Shown: positions 9,005-15,593 of the stretch, piece after piece
Numbering within the stretch: the first letter of the stretch is position 1
How the letters are laid out: each line of letters opens with the position of its first letter
Source of the DNA: an uncultured Clostridia bacterium
GTDB taxonomy: Bacteria; Bacillota; Clostridia; Oscillospirales; Acutalibacteraceae
Assembly: GCA_946186155.1 (NCBI GenBank)
Contig: CAMHLN010000016.1
Location: 1-22,418, forward strand
DNA: 22,418 nucleotides
Reading direction: 5' to 3'
The notes under the pieces: generated by a model
Seen by the model: the letters and a program-made list of their open reading frames with translations, nothing else
Databases searched by the model: none
What the model was told of the DNA's origin: nothing
Made by a program: the position numbers and the translations under genes

Positions 9005-9445
9005 ATGGGATTTTTTGAAGATTGTTATCTTAATATGAAGAGTGGAATTTCTAGGGCGGCAGAAAAAACTAAGAAAGTTTTAAATATTTCTAAAATAAAG
9101 ATCGAAATGGCTGAAAGAAAAAATTGTATCAATGATAAATATAAGCTGATAGGTAAGTACGTCTATGATATGCACAAAGGGGGGGAGAAGTTTGAGATTG
9201 AAGATATTGCTGATTGGCTTGAAGAGATAGATGCTCTTAGTTCGAGTATAGAAGAATGCGAAGAACGTTTGCATCGCGCTCAGGATAAGGTTTGCTGCCA
9301 TTATTGTAAATATAAGAACGAGTCTGGATCGAAATTTTGCAGCAACTGTGGTAAGAAGATATCTTTTGCCAAAAGAGGAAGCAAATCGTCTTGTGAAAAC
9401 TGTGAGAACGAAGAAAACAATGAAGAAAATGTTGAAATTAGCTAA
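9005..9445 (+). CDS. Hypothetical protein with coiled-coil N-terminus and C-terminal Cys-rich zinc-ribbon (CCHYC...CSNC, CENC)
   Basis: GGAG RBS 7 nt upstream. Cys pairs CHYC-x11-CSNC plus SSCENCENE read like a zinc ribbon. No family recognised. Confidence 0.55.
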   Translation: MGFFEDCYLNMKSGISRAAEKTKKVLNISKIKIEMAERKNCINDKYKLIGKYVYDMHKGGEKFEIEDIADWLEEIDALSSSIEECEERLHRAQDKVCCHYCKYKNESGSKFCSNCGKKISFAKRGSKSSCENCENEENNEENVEIS

Positions 9446-9514
9446 TTTTTAGCAAAAATCTTGACTTGATTTTAATTGTATCGTAATTGCAACGTAGTTG
9501 TTTTTTATCGAAGT

Positions 9515-9982
9515 TTATTTTTCTTGCAATAAGCATATCGCAATAGCTTTTACTCCTTTGATTTCTCCTGTGAATCCTAATTTTTCTTCAGTTTTGAATT
9601 TCACATTAATCTGATTGGGGCTTATTTTGCAACAGTCAGATAATTTTTTTTCTATGCTATATCTATAAGGATTAAGAACAGGAGTCTGGGCCACAAATGT
9701 GCAATCTATATTGATAATTTTAAAATCTGAAATGATTTCAATTGTTTTTTCCAAAAGATTCAAACTACTTAAATCTTTGTATTTATCATCTTCTGGAGGG
9801 AAATGTTGTCCTATGTCTCCTTTACATGTTGCTCCTAAGATTGAATCTATAACAGCATGAGTCAAAGCATCTCCATCACTGTGAGAAATGCATCCGTAAT
9901 TACTTTCAATTTCAACTCCGCCAACTATAAATTTTGCTCCTTTTTTTAATTCATGAACATCATAACCTATTCCTATTTTCAT
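9515..9982 (-). CDS. ispF: 2-C-methyl-D-erythritol 2,4-cyclodiphosphate synthase
   Basis: MKIGIGYDVHEL...GCISHSDGDALTHAVIDSILGA...GDIGQHFP and a C-terminal KTEEKLGFTGEIKGV match the IspF signature regions. The gene is monocistronic and not fused to ispD. Confidence 0.9.
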   Translation of the reverse strand: MKIGIGYDVHELKKGAKFIVGGVEIESNYGCISHSDGDALTHAVIDSILGATCKGDIGQHFPPEDDKYKDLSSLNLLEKTIEIISDFKIINIDCTFVAQTPVLNPYRYSIEKKLSDCCKISPNQINVKFKTEEKLGFTGEIKGVKAIAICLLQEK

Positions 9983-10127
9983 GATATCCCTCTATAAAAT
10001 AGCATATTGAATTATTTTAGTTTTGTTTATATCATAATCACGTGTTATTTTCTATGATATTTTTCATATGAAATTTTTTTATAAGATTTAGTATGACAAA
10101 TTTTGACAATTATTGGGAGTAAAGTTT

Positions 10128-10682
10128 ATGATAAAGTTTCTAAATGGAAACTGCGATTTGTTAATTAGGCACGATAAAAATTCGATTTTATTCAATGAAG
10201 ATTTATTCATTTACTCAGTATCGAAAATAGCTGAGGATATAAAAAAGAATTTTGATATGAGTAAAAAGATAGGTCTTGTTGGAATTGCTCGAGGAGCATT
10301 GCCTTTATTAGTTGCCGTTTCGCATGAATTAGGAATACGAAACGTCAATGTGTTTCAGTTAGTTATGAGTAAGTCTGATAACGAGTTCGATTTTGATGAA
10401 GTAGCGAAGATTTATGATGGGTATGTTGATAAAAGTTGCGATTGCTATATAATATTCGAAGATATAGTTAGTGAGGGACGAAGTGTTAATGTGCTGTTGG
10501 AAGAATTTTTGAAAAAGAAATTGGAGGTTTCTGCTGTTTATTCTTTGTTTGTGAAAGAAGATTTTATCGAATCCGGGAAATTGCTAGGAGATACAGATTT
10601 GAGATATGTCTTTCCTTTCAAAACGGATGAGTGGGTGTATTTTTTCTGGGAAAAGAAGTATAAAATTTTGAAAAATTTATGA
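10128..10682 (+). CDS. Type I phosphoribosyltransferase, Gpt (xanthine-guanine PRTase)-like, with atypical PRPP loop
   Basis: The ORF-track start at 10113 is a TTG. The ATG at 10128 has GGGAG 8 nt upstream. LVGIARGALPLLVAVSHELGIRNVNV parallels Gpt [26 protein letters not shown]. The PRPP motif is YIIFEDIVSEGRS, against canonical VIDDLVDTGGT. The C-terminus DEWVYFFWE parallels Gpt DTWIEQPWD. Confidence 0.7.
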   Translation: MIKFLNGNCDLLIRHDKNSILFNEDLFIYSVSKIAEDIKKNFDMSKKIGLVGIARGALPLLVAVSHELGIRNVNVFQLVMSKSDNEFDFDEVAKIYDGYVDKSCDCYIIFEDIVSEGRSVNVLLEEFLKKKLEVSAVYSLFVKEDFIESGKLLGDTDLRYVFPFKTDEWVYFFWEKKYKILKNL

Positions 10683-10693
10683 AAGGATAAGTA

Positions 10694-11020
10694 ATGTACA
10701 GAGTAATAAAAAGACTGGAAATTTCAGCGTCACATAAATTGAATCTTCCGTATGAAAGTAAGTGTAAAAATCTTCATGGGCACAATTGGATATTGACTGT
10801 TTATTTACAATCTGAAACTTTAGAAAATGGCATGGTTTATGACTTTACTGAAATTAAGAAGTTGGTTAAAAATAGATTAGACCATAAAAATATGAACGAT
10901 TACATAGAACAACCAACGGCTGAGAATATTGCAAAGTACGTTTGTGACATTTTAGGAGAAAAGTGTTATATGGTAGAAGTGCAAGAAAGCGATGGGAACG
11001 TCGCAGTATATGAAAAGTAA
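10694..11020 (+). CDS. queD: 6-carboxy-5,6,7,8-tetrahydropterin synthase
   Basis: At 108 aa it has the PTPS/QueD size. It carries the catalytic CxxxxHGH motif (CKNLHGHNW) and lies 11 nt downstream of the PRTase gene. Confidence 0.85.
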   Translation: MYRVIKRLEISASHKLNLPYESKCKNLHGHNWILTVYLQSETLENGMVYDFTEIKKLVKNRLDHKNMNDYIEQPTAENIAKYVCDILGEKCYMVEVQESDGNVAVYEK

Positions 11021-11720
11021 AAACTTAAGATTGTGTGAAATTTTTAAAAGTATATCAGGAGAAGGATTAAGGCAGGGTGTACCTGCTGTTTTTGTTAGAT
11101 TCAGTGGTTGCAATATGAATTGTGACTATTGTGATACGAAATATCATAAATATGATTTCAAAATGGTTAGTATAGATGATATTTTAGAAAATGAAATTGT
11201 TAAAAAATCGAAATATTTTGTCATAACTGGAGGAGAACCGTTTGTCCAACATGAGGACATATTTGAGTTGATACATCAACTTTCTCTTTTAGGAAAAGTT
11301 GAAATAGAAACTAATGGTTCTAACTTATATTCAAATGTACTTAATCTATATAAAAAAGTAAATCCGTTCAAAGTTTTGTTAACTGTCGATTATAAGATGG
11401 ACCAAGCAAGTGAGTTATATGTAAAAAATTTTGATATGGGATTGGACCTTATTAAAAATAAAATGCAAGAATTAGGTGTAGATGATAGGTGGTTTCCGTT
11501 GTGTTGCATTAAAATTGTAGTAAAAAACAAAAAAGAAATAGATGAATCTTACGAATTGTCTAAAAAATATTCTGGCTTTAAGATTATACTTTCCCCGTGT
11601 TATGGAATAATTTCTCCTACTGAGATGGCAGAGTATATAGTAGATAAAGAGTACGATGATTTAAGAGTTCAAGTTCAATTACACAAATATCTTTGGGAGG
11701 TTAATGCTCGTGGAAAATAA
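10992..11720 (+). CDS. queE: 7-carboxy-7-deazaguanine synthase (radical SAM)
   Basis: The cluster FSGCNMNCDYCDT is a QueE-type CxxxCxxC radical-SAM site, and LCEIFKSISGEG aligns to B. subtilis QueE VLEIFGPTIQGEG. The true start may be ATG 11010. The gene overlaps the queD stop, consistent with translational coupling. Confidence 0.85.
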   Translation: MGTSQYMKSKNLRLCEIFKSISGEGLRQGVPAVFVRFSGCNMNCDYCDTKYHKYDFKMVSIDDILENEIVKKSKYFVITGGEPFVQHEDIFELIHQLSLLGKVEIETNGSNLYSNVLNLYKKVNPFKVLLTVDYKMDQASELYVKNFDMGLDLIKNKMQELGVDDRWFPLCCIKIVVKNKKEIDESYELSKKYSGFKIILSPCYGIISPTEMAEYIVDKEYDDLRVQVQLHKYLWEVNARGK

Positions 11721-12288
11721 TGAATTAGATTTTAAAAATGCGGAAAACTCTATAAAAAAATTGTTCGAATGTTTAAAAATAAATTTGCCAGATGAAACTC
11801 CAAAACGGTACGTTAAAATGATGTACGATATGACTAAATACCAAAATGTTTCAAATCAAGAGATAGCCGATTTTGTAAACAAAACTTTCGAAATCGATAC
11901 TAAAACTGATTCAAGTAATATGGTGTTGGTTAAAGATATAGAAGTATTTAGTTTGTGTGAACATCACATTGCTCTTATGTATGACATGAAGATATCAGTA
12001 GGGTATATTCCCAACAAATTTGTTTTGGGTCTTTCAAAAATAGTTCGTTTAGCTGATATGGTATGTAAAAGATTACAACTTCAGGAAAAAATAGCAGAAG
12101 ATATAATAGAAATAATGAAAATTTTGACTCGAAGTTCTGATATAGCAGTTCATATAAGAGCAAAACATAGTTGCGTGACTGCACGAGGAATCAGAAATAC
12201 TTCATCTGAAACTGTTACGGTGAATTTCAATGGAAAGTTTTTGAATGACAGCTGTTTGAAATCATCATTTCTTAACAGTTTATCTTAA
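11704..12288 (+). CDS. folE: GTP cyclohydrolase I (FolE type)
   Basis: Carries the CEHH motif (SLCEHHIALMY), YIPNKFVLGLSKIVR and HSCVTARGIRN, all matching FolE. It overlaps the queE 3' end by 17 nt. GGGAGG RBS. Confidence 0.88.
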   Translation: MLVENNELDFKNAENSIKKLFECLKINLPDETPKRYVKMMYDMTKYQNVSNQEIADFVNKTFEIDTKTDSSNMVLVKDIEVFSLCEHHIALMYDMKISVGYIPNKFVLGLSKIVRLADMVCKRLQLQEKIAEDIIEIMKILTRSSDIAVHIRAKHSCVTARGIRNTSSETVTVNFNGKFLNDSCLKSSFLNSLS

Positions 12289-12362
12289 GGCTATTGGCTC
12301 ATAACTGTATAAATTGATTGTTTAACTCCTAAAACTTCAAATGATAATTGCGTTGTTTTAAA

Positions 12363-12382
12363 ATCCAAATTTGTTTTTGGAT
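12363..12382. terminator. Perfect 7-bp hairpin ATCCAAA-TTTGTT-TTTGGAT after the folE operon (weak or non-canonical terminator)
   Basis: Read directly from the sequence. It is flanked by TTTTAAA upstream and AAAAA downstream, so it has no 3' U-tract on the plus strand. Confidence 0.3.
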
Positions 12383-12389
12383 AAAAACA

Positions 12390-12418
12390 TTGTAATTATT
12401 GTCATAATGTGATATAAT
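12390..12418 (+). promoter_or_regulatory. Promoter of secreted-protein paralog 1: TTGTAA, 17 bp spacer, TGaTATAAT (extended -10)
   Basis: TTGTAA at 12390-12395 and TATAAT at 12413-12418, with the upstream TG at 12410-12411. Confidence 0.5.
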
Positions 12419-12424
12419 CCCGAC

Positions 12425-12467
12425 GCGCTTTAAGATATTGCGCTTTAAGATATTGCGCTTTAAGATT
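12425..12467. repeat. 15-bp tandem repeat GCGCTTTAAGATATT x 2.9 in 5' UTR
   Basis: Units lie at 12425-12439, 12440-12454 and a partial one at 12455-12467. They sit between the -10 and the RBS of paralog 1. Confidence 0.9.
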
Positions 12468-12486
12468 GTAAATTTTGGAGGTATTT

Positions 12487-13350
12487 ATGAACGAAACTAA
12501 AAAAAGATTGTTATCATGTTTATTACTTGCTATGGGGGGATTAAATTTAGGCACTGGAGTGTCTAATGCTCGATCAAAAGATGTTACCAATATGTCTAAT
12601 GTATCTTCCGAAGAAACTAAGAGAAATTCTAAAATTTCAAGTATTTTTAATTTAAGAAATGGTATAGATATTTTGGGATTATTGACTATAATTTATGGAG
12701 GTAAAAAGCTCCGGAATAATTCGCGAGACATAATTAAGAAAAATTCGGATATTATTAAGTATTACAAAGGACAAACTGATGATTTTAATTTATTGCAAGA
12801 TTTCCAACAGTTGTTTCGTTTTTGTTTGTGCCAGTCAAACGCTGGTTTTATTCATTTGAAAGATTTTACCGAAGAAGACTGCAAAAAGTACGACATCGTT
12901 TGTTTTAATAACGCGCAATACGACAAATCTGATGAATATTTGAGTTATTATTTTATTGTTGAATCGTCAGTAGATAAGAATGAAAAATTTAATTTTGCTT
13001 TTTGTACAAATAACAATTTTATGTCAGTTATAGCTCCTGCTAGTGCTGGTAATATTTCTGAGGATTATTCTGAAGAATATAATAATTTGAAACCATTTAA
13101 AGTAGCTGGGTATAGTATTTCGAAGGAAGTAAAACGAGAAAAATGTGCTAAAATTGTCGGGTTTAAATCATTGTTTCTAGGTATTAAACATCCAAATTTG
13201 TATTTTGGGGGCAAAGAACTGTTGGAAGAACACAAAAAAAAATTTGAAGATTATTATATAGTTTTTGAGATATATAGAGAGGTAGGTGAGGAGTACTACT
13301 CCTTGGATGGAATATACTGTAAAGTTTCATTGGTTAGACCAAAAAATTAA
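12487..13350 (+). CDS. Secreted protein, variable family member 1 (signal peptide, conserved RNG-IDILGLLTIIYGG N-module, Cys-containing divergent C-terminus)
   Basis: ATG 12487 follows GGAGGT. MNETKKRLLSCLLLAMGGLNLGTGVSNA|RS is a Sec signal peptide. The ORF-track 12475 start is a TTG extension. Confidence 0.8.
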   Translation: MNETKKRLLSCLLLAMGGLNLGTGVSNARSKDVTNMSNVSSEETKRNSKISSIFNLRNGIDILGLLTIIYGGKKLRNNSRDIIKKNSDIIKYYKGQTDDFNLLQDFQQLFRFCLCQSNAGFIHLKDFTEEDCKKYDIVCFNNAQYDKSDEYLSYYFIVESSVDKNEKFNFAFCTNNNFMSVIAPASAGNISEDYSEEYNNLKPFKVAGYSISKEVKREKCAKIVGFKSLFLGIKHPNLYFGGKELLEEHKKKFEDYYIVFEIYREVGEEYYSLDGIYCKVSLVRPKN

Positions 13351-13461
13351 ACAAATTAGTACCATTACTGGAATCAATGTAAGACAACGAATAATTTTAA
13401 CGAATTAGTTTGATTTTTAATTTGTGCTTAGTTGTAGTATTAAAGACTTTTGGAGGTATTT

Positions 13462-13518
13462 ATGAACAAAGCTAAAAAAAGATTGTTATCATGTTTATTA
13501 CTTGCTATGGGGGGTTAA
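13462..13518 (+). other. Orphaned start and signal-peptide fragment of paralog 2 (MNKAKKRLLSCLLLAMGG*), terminated by a 1-nt indel
   Basis: Its RBS and start context are identical to paralog 1. After the G6 run, paralog 1 reads GGGGGGATTAAAT and paralog 2 reads GGGGGGTTAAAT. The reading frame therefore hits TAA at 13516-13518. Confidence 0.75.
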
Positions 13519-14342
13519 ATTTAGGCACTGGAGTGTCTAATGCTTCCCCTAGGAGTAGTACTGAAAAATCCGAGAAAAATTCGAAAGTTTCAAGTATTTT
13601 TAATTTAAGAAATGGTATAGATATTTTGGGATTATTGACTATAATTTATGGAGGTAAAAAGCTTCGGGATAAAAATAAATCGTTGGAAGAATTGAATGAG
13701 GACAGATCGTATATCAAGGAGTTTTACGAAAATAAAGTTGATGATATTAACCTCTTTCAAAATTTTCAACATTTGTTTTATCTTTGTTTTAAAGGTGTAA
13801 TGTATTTTAGTGAATATAATTGGCAAGATTTAACAACAGAAGACTGCAAAAATTACGGAACCGTTTGTTTTGATAACAGTAAGTTAGAAGACGACAATTG
13901 TTATCGGAGTTGTTATTTTATTTCAAATAAACGTTTGGACAAGGAAAGTGATAGATTTTCATACATTGAAAAGCCAGAGTTATCGTCAGTTCTAGCTTCG
14001 GCTCCTAGTCAGTACGCCGGTGAATGTGGTAATTTAGAACCATTTACAATGGCTGGATATTCTGTTTGGTACAGTTTACAGAAAAACTTACGTGTTAAAA
14101 TCATCAAGTTTGAAGAACTTTTAAAAAAAGTTGAATATGATAACTTAAATAATTTGTGGAGTAAAGAAAAGTTTGATGAATATAAAGAGAAATTTAAAGA
14201 TTACTATATACTTTGTGAGGTGTATACAAATAGATATAAAAACCCCGAAATTAAAGATGAAGTTTTCTACAAATTTTCATTGGTTAAACCAATAGCACCA
14301 GCACCAATGCCAATACCAGAACCAGTACCGAAAAAAAATTAA
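13491..14342 (+). CDS. Secreted-protein family member 2, frameshifted at N-terminus (possible pseudogene or phase-variable)
   Basis: From the internal ATG at 13491 the protein reads MFITCYGGLNLGTGVSNA...SSIFNLRNGIDILGLLTIIYGGKKLR, 100% identical to paralog 1 across this module and then divergent. It has lost the charged n-region and start of the signal peptide. The C-terminus reads PIAPAPMPIPEPVPKKN. Confidence 0.6.
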   Translation: MFITCYGGLNLGTGVSNASPRSSTEKSEKNSKVSSIFNLRNGIDILGLLTIIYGGKKLRDKNKSLEELNEDRSYIKEFYENKVDDINLFQNFQHLFYLCFKGVMYFSEYNWQDLTTEDCKNYGTVCFDNSKLEDDNCYRSCYFISNKRLDKESDRFSYIEKPELSSVLASAPSQYAGECGNLEPFTMAGYSVWYSLQKNLRVKIIKFEELLKKVEYDNLNNLWSKEKFDEYKEKFKDYYILCEVYTNRYKNPEIKDEVFYKFSLVKPIAPAPMPIPEPVPKKN

Positions 14343-14359
14343 GAACAATCTTTAACAAA

Positions 14360-15376
14360 TCAGTTTGATATATGAACCAAATGAGCTACTCCAGGAATGT
14401 TTTTTCCTTGCTGAAAAGAGGTTGGAGACATTAAGGCTCCCGTGGCCATGAACAAAACGCTGTTTAGTTTGTGTTTTGCCATTTTTTGTAAAACATATGA
14501 GCACAAAATTGAAGCAGAGCATCCGCATCCCGAGCCTCCAGCATGGACATCTTGTTCTTCCTTATGAAAAATCATCAGCCCGCAGTCGTTGTAGTTTTTT
14601 GTGATATCTATTCCTTCTTTCGCTAGAAGTTCCTGAAGAAGTAGTGCTCCTGTTTCTCCTAAATCTCCTGAAAGAATTAAATCGTAATTTTCAGGAGATG
14701 TTTTAGTATCTTCAAAAAATTTTTTAAGAGTTACAAATGCTGCAGGAGCCATAGCTGCTCCCATGTTTGACGAATCAGTTACTCCCAAGTCCTCTATTGT
14801 TCCAGCGGTGAAATGTTTAATGAACGGAGTATTTTGTTTTTCTGTTTTTTGCCCCAAAACTATAGCTCCTGAGCCTGTGACCGTCCACTGAGCATTGGGA
14901 GTTCTTTGGCCTCCATAATCCAAAGGAAATCTATATTGTCTTTCTGCTGCGCAAAAATGAGATGAAGTAACAGATATGCAATTTTTTGCCGCATTAGATT
15001 CCACGAAAATCGATGCTACTATCAAAGTTTGTGCCATTGTAGAACAAGCTCCGAATTGGCCTAAAAATGGAATTTTCAGTTTTTTTAATCCCATCATCGA
15101 GGATATACATTGGTCTAGCAAGTCTCCTGCAAAAACGAAATCTATTTCATTTGAATTCACCCTAGATTTTTCAATTGCTATCCGAACTGCTTCTTTTTGC
15201 AAAATGGCTTCAGATTCTTCCCAAGTTTTTTGCCCAAATCTATTGTCTTTGAATGTTTTATCGAATAAGTTTCCTAGAGGACCTTGAGACTCTTTTAATC
15301 CACAAACTGATGCGAATCCCTTAATTGTTGGGCAATTTTCTAATTTAATAGTGCTTTTTCCTATTCTTATGGCCAT
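14360..15376 (-). CDS. spoVAD: Stage V sporulation protein AD
   Basis: At 338 aa it is the same length as B. subtilis SpoVAD. It shows long collinear identity: EGPLGxLFDK, GDLLxQ, IPFLxxFGACST, TSSHxxxAERQxRxPxxYGGQ, TVTGSGAxVL, GxTDSxxMGxAMAPAA, YDLILxGDL, NDCGLMI, AGGSGCxCSA and ATGALxSPT. Confidence 0.92.
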   Translation of the reverse strand: MAIRIGKSTIKLENCPTIKGFASVCGLKESQGPLGNLFDKTFKDNRFGQKTWEESEAILQKEAVRIAIEKSRVNSNEIDFVFAGDLLDQCISSMMGLKKLKIPFLGQFGACSTMAQTLIVASIFVESNAAKNCISVTSSHFCAAERQYRFPLDYGGQRTPNAQWTVTGSGAIVLGQKTEKQNTPFIKHFTAGTIEDLGVTDSSNMGAAMAPAAFVTLKKFFEDTKTSPENYDLILSGDLGETGALLLQELLAKEGIDITKNYNDCGLMIFHKEEQDVHAGGSGCGCSASILCSYVLQKMAKHKLNSVLFMATGALMSPTSFQQGKNIPGVAHLVHISN

Positions 15377-15517
15377 AAAATCTCCTGTATTTTTTAGGAT
15401 ATCAACTTTATTTTGTCCCGATTTTTTGAAATAATCACTCGGTTGACATCTAGAATGAGTGTTTATATTAAGATAACGAGATTTTTCTTTTTTATTTTTT
15501 GAAATAATGTCTGAACC

Positions 15518-15546
15518 TTCTAATTTTTTTAAAAGAATGGTATAAT
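15518..15546 (+). promoter_or_regulatory. Putative promoter of transporter gene (TGgTATAAT extended -10)
   Basis: TATAAT at 15541-15546 with a TG at 15538-15539, and a weak -35 TTCTAA 17 bp upstream. Confidence 0.4.
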
Positions 15547-15593
15547 GGCTTCGCTTTTATAATCGGACTAATGTTTAGAGGTGTTTAGAAAGG

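Noticed and set aside
9983-10127. preQ1 riboswitch or obvious promoter for the que-like operon
   Set aside because: I could not find a stem-loop plus A-tail aptamer, and the TTGACA at 10103 is too close to the start codon to serve as a -35. The question is left as open.
12425-12467. Possible CRISPR array
   Set aside because: The repeats are only 15 bp, directly abutting with no spacers, 2.9 copies, and no cas genes. It is a simple tandem repeat.
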